A DNA stretch of 63,999 bases, filler included, from Chrysochromulina tobinii (taxonomy: Eukaryota), in NCBI GenBank assembly GCA_001275005.1. It is 8 parts of 8 records of this genome, joined end to end, with 100 filler letters (N's around TTAATTAATTAA, not from the genome) between each part and the next. Parts side by side here need not be neighbours in the genome. Positions count along the whole stretch, not along the records: positions 27,133 to 46,449 come from JWZX01001310.1; 7 more parts are not named here. One strand, written 5' to 3'. The translations under genes were made by a program, and so were the position numbers. Of the stretch, positions 34,601-43,962 are shown in pieces; position 1 is the stretch's first letter, and each line of letters begins with the position of its first letter. The notes under the pieces are model-generated. The model did not search any database. It saw nothing but the letters and a program-made list of their open reading frames with translations, and had not been told where the DNA came from.

Positions 34601-35845
34601 CTGTTGCGTCAACGTCACTATCAAATAGTCCACTAACGAGGGTGCCTGATTAGGGGCGCAATCAGTGGTCCTCAGCGGCAGTCGGCCGCATCCTCAGCGG
34701 CACTCGGAGGCACTCCACATACCCTCCGTCCAGTCCCAGACATCCGCAAAGGTGCGAACATCCATAAAGGTTTTATCATTATAGTCCGCCTCAACAAAGA
34801 TTCGTTTGAGCGACTGGGTCAAGGCGAGCGCGTCTCGAAGTTCTCGCTTCTCGCTTGTAGACTGGCAGAGAGGGGTCGATCATGGTCATCAGTGGTCATC
34901 AGTGGTCCTCAGTGGCCCTCAGAGGCCATCAGTGGCCATCAGTAGTCATCACCTGGTAGAGGAGTAAGATGAGGATGAAATGCAACCCCATGTCAAAGAT
35001 CTCGCGCCGCCGATTGAGTTTGGGCTCGACATACTCCTTTCGCTGCATGTCGTCGTCGTCGGAGTCACTATCCTCCATCGTGGCCATCGCAGCGGCCGCT
35101 GCGGCTGCTGCGGCCGCGTCGGCCTCGTCCTCACCGTTCAGAAGCTCATCGCCGCCGCCGCCGCCGCCGCCGCCGCCCGGAAGCCTCCCGCCACCATCCC
35201 CTAGCATTTGGACTAGGCTCTGCACGTTAGGCTCGGGTTCGTCACCGTCCTCCTCAAAGTCCGCAGTCTCCTGTTCCTCCTCAGCCTCCTCGCGCCGCAC
35301 GAGTCGGATCGTCTGCTCGCCTGCGACGGAGGAGATGGCGACCCTCATCAGTGACTACACTCACTCGCAATCTCAATCTCACTCGCACTCGCACTCGCAC
35401 TCTCAATCTCATTCAATCTGAATCTCATTCACAATCTCACTCGCACTCGCACTCGCACTCGCACTCCGCACGCACCTCGGTAGCGAGCAATCTCACGCGA
35501 GACCGCCATGTCGTACGGCCAGACAGTTCCGTGTTCGTCCTCCAGCACGCACATGCTTGGATCGTCGCCGAAGGTGCGCGCGGCGTTGTTGCGCACCTCG
35601 CGGAAGGTTGTCGTGCGCCCGAGCCGCATCTCCAGCTTTTCCAGCGCGGCCTCGCGCGCCTCACCATTGGGAGTGTAGAAGACCGTGGTGATGGTCGGTC
35701 CGGAGCCTGCCGTCTTGTATGCCAAAGAGGCAGGCACGACGCCCCTGTCGGACTCCTGCTTCTTTTGGATCGCGCGGTCCATCGTCACTCGACACAGCTC
35801 CGTGAGCGACGCGACGCGCTGGTCATCGGTCTGGCGGACCGGACC

Positions 35846-35887
<42 letters not shown>

Positions 35888-36179
35888 CAGCCGCTTGTGC
35901 TCCCTCTCCATATCGCGGAGCCGCATCTGCATCGAATCGACGAGCTCCTGCTTCGAGACGTGCTCGGCCGAGATGATGACCGCCTTTTCCTTGAGCGCCG
36001 TGACCCGTTCCCTCGGTGCGCGCCGTCACTTTCCTCATCTCCTCGTCCTCCTCCAACTCCGTCGCGTTGGCAGAGCGCACCGCGTCGTCCTGCATGAGAT
36101 TGATCGTCTCATAGTAGCGCTCGACCGCTTGGCGCTGCTGCTCCTCATCCAAAGATGTCGCCGCATTGGCTCGCTTCAT
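31673..36179 (-). CDS. PKD2/polycystin-like cation channel, 12 exons: 36179-35476, 35320-34953, 34861-34723, 34645-34551, 34479-34384, 34195-33851, 33624-33448, 33176-33063, 32913-32639, 32531-32463, 32385-32097, 31870-31673
   Basis: All 11 GT-AG introns preserve the frame. Motifs DVWDW.EG, YNQLVGAVRFRQVRV, WLDERTRAMFVHFSVYNAN, WNMLE, KLFKY, FILVNVFLAILND. One apparent frameshift near 36010 in exon 1. Confidence 0.88.
35360..35466. repeat. (CACTCG)n/(CAATCT)n hexamer microsatellite in PKD2-like intron 1
   Basis: Tandem hexamers visible directly. Confidence 0.9.
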
Positions 36180-36407
36180 CTCAGCGCTGAGCGCGAGGCC
36201 AAGGCCCCGACTAGCAAGCCGACCAGATTGGCTGGCGCCAACATACGTAAGTACCGGTACAAGTTTTACGCTCGCACGCGGGGCATGTAACCTCCGAGTC
36301 CGGTGTTCTCAATGCGGCGATCGCGCGAAAATCTTCCAAATCGATCGAGTTTGCTCCTCGTCCTCCCTTCACTCGCGGCGTTCCTGAGCGCACCGAAAGG
36401 TTCTCAT

Positions 36408-37181
36408 ATGCGCGCAGCAGCCCTCACGCGCGCGGTCGCGAAGCCTGGCCGCATCCTAGCGAGGCGAAAGCACTTCCTCACCTTGCCACCGTCGGTCCCA
36501 GCGCGACCGCATCCACAGCCCGCCGGCGCCGATGCCTCGGCTCCGCTGAGGTATGGATGGGGTGATTGGTTCCTCGCGTCAGTGATGAGCTCATTCGTGG
36601 CTTGGCCGTTTGTTGCAACCACCGATGCGCTGTGGGGCGAGGTCCTCCTTCCGCTACTCGCAGATAACGCCGATGCATCCACTGCGGTTGCGGCCGCGTC
36701 GATCATCCCAAAGGCGACAGCGAGCTATTTCGGAGCGCAGCTGTATGGTGCGGGCTCCTCGCTTCGAATGCAGCGCTCTCGGGAGCCTTACGACGTCCTC
36801 GCGCCAGCTGCCGCCGCTCGCTCACTGACTGCGTCGCCTTCCGAGTCTCTCTCACGGGCAGTGCCGCACGCGTGGTGGTTCTGGAAGCTCTCTCTGCTGC
36901 CGGCGCTACCCATCAACTTAGGGCTTACCCTGGCGATCCACGTGCTCTCGAATGATGGCGCCGTCAAGCACAAGGTGTACGACGACTGGCTGCCCATGCG
37001 CCCGTCCGAGCCGCTCCTCATCAACACAGCGTGGCGGCTCTCCAGCGCCGGCTCGAAGAGCATTCAGATGCGCCTGTGTGAGGCGGCTCCACGGCCCGTG
37101 CAGCTCGTGCTGGAGCATTATAACGTGGCCGGGGTCCGCGACGCGTATGCCCTCAGACCAAAGGGATCGCAGGGCTCATAA
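36408..37181 (+). CDS. Hypothetical membrane protein, possible mitochondrial presequence
   Basis: Open ORF with host-like codon use, Arg-rich N-terminus and two hydrophobic segments; no recognised family. Confidence 0.45.
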   Translation: MRAAALTRAVAKPGRILARRKHFLTLPPSVPARPHPQPAGADASAPLRYGWGDWFLASVMSSFVAWPFVATTDALWGEVLLPLLADNADASTAVAAASIIPKATASYFGAQLYGAGSSLRMQRSREPYDVLAPAAAARSLTASPSESLSRAVPHAWWFWKLSLLPALPINLGLTLAIHVLSNDGAVKHKVYDDWLPMRPSEPLLINTAWRLSSAGSKSIQMRLCEAAPRPVQLVLEHYNVAGVRDAYALRPKGSQGS

Positions 37182-37441
37182 GGCGAGCGCCGCATCTATT
37201 GAAACTATTGTGGATAGCGAACAGGGCGGGGATCTACTATTTCGCCTGTAATATTTTGGATTTTGCTGGGAACGACCAAATCGCAAATGTTGAGCCTCTC
37301 AGCACTGAGGCATGCTCTCGGATAGGAACTTGATTTTTGGGATTTTGCTGTGCGAGAAGTTTGTGACGGAACTTGCGAACTTTGCTCACGACGTGGCTGA
37401 CAGGACCTTGATTTTTCCTCCGGATTCTTTATCCGGCCGCG

Positions 37442-38188
37442 ATGTCAGGCAACAACAGCGAAGGACTGATGCACGATCCGTACGCTTCGTCTGGCAGCAG
37501 CGGTAGCCTGATGACTCCGCCGCCGCTGCCGAGCGCAGACGATTTCCATCCGGTTGCGCCCTCCTCTGCTCCTGCCGATGATCTCTTCCTCAACATTCCA
37601 TCGGCAAAGCCGCCACAGCCTGACTTTCTCTACGACGAGAACTACGACGAGAGCTTTCGCCGCTCGTGGGGCGAGCGGCTGACGTACCATGTTGGCGCCG
37701 CCTATTCTGCCGGTGCGCAGGCTGCCTTGTATCTCGCTGCGCGTCCCGTCCCAGCGCTCCCGCACGCCTGCCGCCGAGGCCTGCACGCGTGCTGACAGCG
37801 CTGCGTTCCACGCGCGTGCGCAGGCTTCCTCTTCGGCACGTCGTACGGCCTGGTGCAGGGCCTCGCCGAGTCCAAAGGCCAGCGCCAGCGCATCCGCATC
37901 AACAGCGTGCTCAACTCTATGGGCATGAGTGGCCCTGGGCTTGCCAACTCCCTCGGGTGCATCGCACTAATGTGCTCATTTTTCGAGAGCGTGGCGTACA
38001 ACGTGCGCGGCACGGACGACATCCTCAACCCCGCCGGCGCGGCCGCGCTCACGGGCGTCCTCTACAAATCCACATCGGGCGCGCGCGTCGCGTTGCCTGC
38101 CGGGCTGGGCTTTGGAGCGCTCGCCGCCCTGGGCGCCTTCTGCTCCAGGCAGGTGGGTGTGCCGCGTTACCTCAAGAATCTGATGTGA
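37442..38188 (+). CDS. TIM23: Mitochondrial inner-membrane translocase Tim23; exons 37442-37712, 37824-38188
   Basis: RSWGERLTY.VG.AY..G, RIN.VLN....GPGLANSLG.IAL, RGTDDILN..GAAALTGVLYKS. Confidence 0.9.
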
Positions 38189-38494
38189 GCGGCGCTAGGT
38201 CGAGGGAGTGGCTGAGCGCGCGCTGCCGTCGCTCCCTGTGGGAGCAAAGGTCAGCTGTGCGAGGCCGGCGAGAGCCATGCGCGGAATTCGCAGACGACCG
38301 TGGTCAAGATGAGTTTTGCGTCTTTCAGATGAGAGGCTGCGCTGGCGCTTGTGTATACAGCAGTATGATTATGATGCAAGCACTTTTCACAGAGAAAATG
38401 CGTGACGAAAAGTGACGAAACCGCCTTCATCCGTCCGCAACTCGCACCCGCTGTCGGCACCCTGAACAGGGAAGCCGAGGACTAGTGCGCGGCG

Positions 38495-39997
38495 ATGGTC
38501 GAGGGTCCTGGCTGCACGCGCAATGGCCAAAAGGTTCGTGCGGCACTCATCGGCAAGCACGTGGTCGGAGTAGCTGGCCATGACAACTCAAAGGTGGCCA
38601 GCTTGATTCGCGCGAGGACCCTGATCGACTGTTTGACGCTTGGCAAGGAGTTGTGGCTGCTCTTTGCGGATGCAGCGGGGGAGCAGAGCGCAGTACGATG
38701 CCACTTTGGTATGAACGGCTCGTTGCACTGCGATTCGCAGCCTAAACATCCCGGGCAGCTGACACTCCTCATCCGCTTCCACGACGGCTGCCAGCTTCAA
38801 CTCTTCGACGCCACCACTTCACCAGCCGATGCACTGGCAGCTCGGCGCGCGGTTCAAGAGGGTTGTAATCGGGACGTGTGCCAGCCAGCCTTCGACGAAG
38901 CCGTGACCACGGCCGCGCTGACCGCCTCTCCAGCCGATCGAATGATCTGCGATGCCTTGCTCGACCAGTCCCTCGTGCCTGGCATTGGCAACATCATCAA
39001 GAATGAGGCGCTGCACGAGGCGTGCATGGACCCTCGTCGGTTAGTCAGCTCGCTCTCGCCCCCGGAGCTGCTGACGCTCGTCCGAGCAGCACGCGCCTTC
39101 TCGATGGCTTGGTGCCGTGCAGGCCGACACCCTGCTTGTCACATTTACAACCGGACACGTTGCCTTGCCTGTGGAGGGCCAGTGAGCTTCTGCAAGATGG
39201 GCGCCCTCGGACCCCCGCGCCCGACGTTTTGGTGCGCGGCGCGTGCGGCCGCCGGCACGTGCACCAAACCGCCCAACCCGGCCGCCGAGGCGCCCATTAC
39301 GGCGCCCATTACGGCCGCCGAGGCCGTCGCTCCTTTCGAGGCGCCCGTTACGGCGTCATCATCCAAGCGGCCCAGGAGCCTTCCACAGAGCCTTCCACAG
39401 GCGAGCAACCCTTGGACCCTCTCCGTGCCAGCGGCACCGCTCATGCCAGCGGCGCCGCCCTCGATGATGGCGGCGCAGCCCTCGCCCGGCATGCAAGTGC
39501 TCCCCACGGCGCCGCTCTCGGTGCTGGCGGCGCAGCCCTCGCGCACCAGACATCCATTAGGTGAAGCTTGCATGCATATGCCGATGGCCCCTCCGGCGCA
39601 CACCTCAGAGATTCTCTCCGAGATTGGGCACGAGATTGCGTGCCGGCCAAATGTTGCCGTTGTAACGCCCCCGTTGCGTGGGCGGGTCTGCCCGCGGCAC
39701 GGTCGTCACACGGTCGTGCTCCGCCGGGTCCGACGCACCGGGGACAACTTCGGCCGCCTCTTCCTGAGCTGCCGGGAACGAGAGTGCGAGCACTTTGTGT
39801 GGAGCGATGGCGCGTTCCCCGCGTGCGCGTGCACACCCGCCAGGAGCGCTGGGCTGCGCATCTCCAAGAAGGCGGAGAGCGGCGGCCGTTGGTTCTTCGG
39901 CTGCCGGCGGCGCGACGCGCAAGCATGCGGGTTCTTTCGCTGGGCGGCGGCCGAGGATACGCTAGCCCTTGGTGATCTGCTCAAGCCGCTGACGTGA
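38495..39997 (+). CDS. NEIL3: Endonuclease VIII-like 3 DNA glycosylase with two GRF zinc fingers
   Basis: N-terminal MVEGPGC (Val2, typical of NEIL3), GKELW, HFGMNGS, H2TH motif LLDQ..PGIGNIIKNEAL, and two C-terminal GRF-type fingers. Confidence 0.92.
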   Translation: MVEGPGCTRNGQKVRAALIGKHVVGVAGHDNSKVASLIRARTLIDCLTLGKELWLLFADAAGEQSAVRCHFGMNGSLHCDSQPKHPGQLTLLIRFHDGCQLQLFDATTSPADALAARRAVQEGCNRDVCQPAFDEAVTTAALTASPADRMICDALLDQSLVPGIGNIIKNEALHEACMDPRRLVSSLSPPELLTLVRAARAFSMAWCRAGRHPACHIYNRTRCLACGGPVSFCKMGALGPPRPTFWCAARAAAGTCTKPPNPAAEAPITAPITAAEAVAPFEAPVTASSSKRPRSLPQSLPQASNPWTLSVPAAPLMPAAPPSMMAAQPSPGMQVLPTAPLSVLAAQPSRTRHPLGEACMHMPMAPPAHTSEILSEIGHEIACRPNVAVVTPPLRGRVCPRHGRHTVVLRRVRRTGDNFGRLFLSCRERECEHFVWSDGAFPACACTPARSAGLRISKKAESGGRWFFGCRRRDAQACGFFRWAAAEDTLALGDLLKPLT

Positions 39998-40289
39998 TCA
40001 AAAAGCACGGTTTGGGTTCACTTGCACGCCGCGGTAGACGCCTAGTTTTTAGTACTTTAGTTTGTGGGCAGTTTGTGTGCGTCGCTTTAAAGAATGTGGC
40101 ATTTATTGCCATGTTGCTTGGGACAATTCGGAGAAGAAACTCGGACCCGGCCACGAGTCCGGTCCCCACCGCGTGAACTCCGAGACATGATGTGCAACTT
40201 GTAACTTGTAGGCATGCAATAGCCAATACTCGCAACACGCAGGACAGCAACTGCCGCCATTAAGTACTCGTGGCACGTAAGTCGCGCCG

Positions 40290-40739
40290 TCAGGAGGCGG
40301 ATCCCGATGGCGGCGCCGTTGGCTGCTGCGGCAGAGCCGCCGTTGGCTGCTGCGGCAGAGCCGCCATAGGCTGCGGCGGAGCCGCCATAGTAGGCTGCGG
40401 CGGAGCCGCCACCGGCTGCGGCGGCGCCACCATCGGCTGCGGCGGCGTTGGCTGCGGCTGCGCCGCCATTGGCGGCGGCGTTGGCTGCGGCTGTGCCGCC
40501 ATTGGCGGCGGCGGCGCCGTCGCAGCCTCAGCGTACGCGGCCATCTCCGCGTGTTGTTGCCGAAAGCCTTTTAGCGCTGCTTTGGAGAAAACGGCAGTTG
40601 GCGGCAGCGCGGCAATCTTGGCAGTCAGCTCGGCGCGAGCCCGCGCCTCAGCAGTTGCCATAGCGGCCCAGTCGGGCACTCGTCCGCTCAGCGCGGACGC
40701 CATCGCGTGCAGGCTGCTCGCTGTCTCGTCGCGCTCCAT
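40290..40739 (-). CDS. Hypothetical protein with Pro/Gln-rich repeats
   Basis: Short ORF ending in (M/T)AA(P/L)PQP repeats; no recognised family. Confidence 0.35.
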   Translation of the reverse strand: MERDETASSLHAMASALSGRVPDWAAMATAEARARAELTAKIAALPPTAVFSKAALKGFRQQHAEMAAYAEAATAPPPPMAAQPQPTPPPMAAQPQPTPPQPMVAPPQPVAAPPQPTMAAPPQPMAALPQQPTAALPQQPTAPPSGSAS

Positions 40740-40957
40740 AGCGCTTTTCTCGGGTGTGTACAAGAATCATAGCCCAACACAGCGCGGCGGACTGGGCTCC
40801 CTTGTTCGCCATATACGCTTTTCTGTGATCTTCTCTCTAAACGTAATCCGCCGAGACAACAGGGCAGCGCCCACCTCGGGTGACGAAACACAAAGAGATT
40901 CTCAGGATACATATCAGAGACTCAGCAGCCCTATTGGCCATGTTTTGTTCTTTGCAT

Positions 40958-41731
40958 TTACGACACGAGCGTCGAGGCGGTGGCCGACTCGTATTTCCAG
41001 TTGGGCGGCAGCGCCTTGACGGTGCGGTAGTAGCGCGAGGTGCGGTGGATGCGGGACTCGATCAGGATGAGGCGGAACTTGGCATCCTTGTCCTGACGGA
41101 ACTTGTCGAGGTGCTTACGAACCTGCACCGCCTTCTTAATGAGGCAATAGAGATCCTCGGGGAGTGCCGGGGCGAGACCTGCACGCGCAGAGAGAGACGC
41201 ATGGGGCGACGCCGGATGAGCATAACGCCACGCACGCGAGCGTTCCACTGCACGGCAGCCGCAGCCGCCGCCGCCGCCGCCGCCGCCGCTGCCGCCGCCG
41301 CTGCAGTAGCCGCAGCCGCAGCCACCGCCGTCGATATAGACCGTTGCTGACCCACGATGCGGCAGCCGCTGCTGCCGCCGGCCCGCTCGCTCTTCGCTTC
41401 CTACGTCCGAGCGAGGCATCGTTCCGCTGCGGACGCTCATCGCTCGTGGCCGACCGCTGGAGATGCTTCCGGGCGTCGCGCGGCAGGAGCGCGCACCGTT
41501 CTTCTTGAGCATACGCAGGATCTTGCTGCCGGTCAGGTGCGACACCTGAGCGATGCCGTACGAGTCACGAAGGATGACACCAATCTGCGACGGCGTCAAG
41601 CCCTTCTTGGCGAGCTTGCAGACGTGCTCGACGACCTCAGTCGGCGACGTCTTGAGCCATGACGGCGGCGTCCGGCGGTAGGGCAGCGCAGACTTGGAGA
41701 TACCCTTTCCCTTGCTGTGCATACGACCCAT
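40958..41731 (-). CDS. RPS13: 40S ribosomal protein S13 (uS15); exons 41731-41497, 41178-40958
   Basis: [18 protein letters not shown]...[13 protein letters not shown]...G/LAP.LPEDLY...[16 protein letters not shown]; intron 41179-41496. Confidence 0.97.
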   Translation of the reverse strand: MGRMHSKGKGISKSALPYRRTPPSWLKTSPTEVVEHVCKLAKKGLTPSQIGVILRDSYGIAQVSHLTGSKILRMLKKNGARSCRATPGSISSGRPRAMSVRSGTMPRSDVGSEERAGRRQQRLPHRGSATVYIDGGGCGCGYCSGGGSGGGGGGGGCGCRAVERSRAWRYAHPASPHASLSARAGLAPALPEDLYCLIKKAVQVRKHLDKFRQDKDAKFRLILIESRIHRTSRYYRTVKALPPNWKYESATASTLVS

Positions 41732-42110
41732 GGTGCTTCGAGGTTGGTGTTGGGCGAACGCCTCTTCCTCTCCTCACCTGAGACACAGAGAGCCGAAAGC
41801 GCCTGAGGTCAGCGCTGAGGTCCAAAGAGGCCTGCCTGGTAGCCGCGAGCGCGCGTGCATATCCGGGCGTGTGGCAACGAGGCGTGGTCCATCCGACGCT
41901 GCGCGCCCATCGGAAGCGCGGAGCCGGCGGTGGCCGCGACAGGGAGAGCGCCGCATCGCAAGAGCGCAGGCGACCTCAAGACGACGGGGACGAGGCCTGT
42001 GTGAAGTGGCGCTTCCCCTTCCCTTTCTAGTTGCCAGTCGGAAATCGTTGCACAGTCGGAAGACTAGCTTCCTGCTGAAGCGGCGGCGCGCGCGCTGGAC
42101 GCGGAGCGCG

Positions 42111-43214
42111 ATGTCGTACGACGCGGCCGGGATGCATGGCGACTATGACCCGTCGCAGGCGTCCGCTGACCACATCCCCGTGAAGAAGCTCACGATCGGA
42201 TCGTGGAACCTTTTGGCCAAGTACGACGAGCACGTGCTGCTGTCGTGGTACTGGGCGGAGCGCAAGCTCGTGTGGGAGGTGCTCCACCTGGGGGTGGTGC
42301 GCAAGATGGAGGTCGACTTTGAGGACATCGCGCAGGCGACGCTGACCGCCGGCACCGACGAGCAGCAGCAGGACAAATTGGCGATCGAGCTGCACCGCCC
42401 GCCGCGGTTCTTCAAGGAGAACCCGCCATCGGCGGTGGCGGCGGGCGCGCAGGAGGTGAGCTACGTGTACACAACCGACTTCACCAACGGCCAGGCGTCG
42501 ACGGAGAGCAGGCATGTGCTGCTCTTCGACCCGGGCGCGATCTCGCGGGAGCACATCAAGCGCATGCAGCTCAGCGGCCTTCGGTTGCAGCTCGAGGGCG
42601 TCGCGGGTGCGCAGGCGACGAGCGGCGCGGGAGGCGGTCGCGGGCTGCTGCGCGCCTCGGGCGGCGTGCACGCGACGAGCGCCCACCTGCGCCAGCCGCC
42701 CACGTCCTCGCCGCGCCTCGATGCCATCATCTTGCAGGATCAGCTCAAGCGGGAGATGCGCGAACGTCAGGCGCGCTACACGGGCGTCTGCCCGGTGCGT
42801 GATCGCATCTACGCGGTGGTCCTCGACGAGCTGATCGCGAGCGTGGCGCGCGACGAGGGCAAGCGCGGCGGGCTGCTGCGCCGCCTGTACGCCGAGGCAC
42901 GCATGACCATCGACGCGTATCGAACGGTCTATGAGCAGTCGATCGAGTTTGGGTCGCGGAAGCTGACGCAGGCGGCGATGACCAAGGGGAGCCTGGCCGA
43001 CGACATCGAAGCGCTAGAGGCCAAGATCGCCGAACTGCACGTCGAGGTGGGGCGCCTCGGCCGGCTCTGTGAAGGCCTCGAGTTCCGCGAGGCAGAGAAG
43101 GAGCGCGGGTACGAAGGGGAGAATCCCGAGGTCACGGCGCTCAAGGCGGAGCAGAAGCAGTTACAGGACCTTCTAGTGGTTCTTCGGCCGTCGAAGCCCG
43201 AAAAGGGCAAGTAG
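42111..43214 (+). CDS. Fusion of a TRF2/HOY1-type PH-like domain and an axonemal dynein light chain p28 (DNALI1-like) domain
   Basis: N-half L.IGSW...Y.AERKLVWEVL...K.EV.F.DI...PPRFFKE...TDFTNGQAS...H; C-half RLDAI.LQ..L....RQARYTGVCPVR..IY....DELI...RG.LL.R...E..MTIDAY..VYE.S..FG.RK. Confidence 0.75.
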   Translation: MSYDAAGMHGDYDPSQASADHIPVKKLTIGSWNLLAKYDEHVLLSWYWAERKLVWEVLHLGVVRKMEVDFEDIAQATLTAGTDEQQQDKLAIELHRPPRFFKENPPSAVAAGAQEVSYVYTTDFTNGQASTESRHVLLFDPGAISREHIKRMQLSGLRLQLEGVAGAQATSGAGGGRGLLRASGGVHATSAHLRQPPTSSPRLDAIILQDQLKREMRERQARYTGVCPVRDRIYAVVLDELIASVARDEGKRGGLLRRLYAEARMTIDAYRTVYEQSIEFGSRKLTQAAMTKGSLADDIEALEAKIAELHVEVGRLGRLCEGLEFREAEKERGYEGENPEVTALKAEQKQLQDLLVVLRPSKPEKGK

Positions 43215-43962
43215 ACGCGCGGAGACCGCATGGGCTGAGAGAGCTCCCCGCCAGCTGCCGCCCCCCCACCCTCACCCACCCGCCGCTGTCGCCGCCGTGA
43301 AGGCGAGACCGACTGGCACACCGACGCTACCACCCGTGAGCGTCACAGCTGATTGAATCCATATGACTTACTTTGTGATTGTGCTTGCATGCGAGCCCCA
43401 TTTCCTTGGCGCTGTGTATTTGTGGCTGGAGAGTGATGTGGCTCGGAAACAGTTCAAAGCATTCTTCAATGTAATTCCTAACGTAAGATTTCACGGCCCC
43501 GCAATGCGATCGGCCGCCCGGGACGCCCGCGGTTTCCCGTCCCCGGCCGGGCGACGGCGGTCGCGGGTCGGCGCCATCGATTCCGTTGACCGGTTCGGCG
43601 ACGGTTCGGGGTGCGCTCGAGGCACTCCCTCCGCGCGACTCGCGAGAACCATCGATGAGCACGTACGACGTGGGACGTGCGGCGGCGGAGCAGCTCGAGA
43701 ATGTCAGCGGAGCGGGGCAAGGGAGCTCGGGACAGCGCCGGTCACGAGACGTTCTCGTGTATCCGCCGCCACGTGGAACTAACACCTCGGCCCGCTCTCC
43801 TTCCGTATCTAAGGTCTCACGTCTCTAGTCCCTGGTCTCACGCGAAGCGAGCCTCGGTTTCGTCAGTGGCTTCAGCAGCGTCCTTCCTCAAGGTTTCGTC
43901 TCAAGCGAAGCGAGCCGACGGAGGTGAAGGATCCAATTGACGACTCGCTAACGGCTCTGGTC

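Noticed and set aside
31970..34950. Regular short repeats resembling a CRISPR array or telomere
   Set aside because: Units are degenerate tandem 10-mers without unique spacers or cas genes, lie inside spliceosomal introns, and are not TTAGGG-like.
41179..41496. Intronic snoRNA (U14 lies in vertebrate RPS13 introns)
   Set aside because: No convincing C/D boxes or rRNA complementarity visible by eye.
41694..42110. N-terminal extension of the PH-like/p28 ORF in the ORF track
   Set aside because: Overlaps the RPS13 start and divergent promoter region; low-complexity Arg-rich translation. The ATG at 42111 is more plausible.
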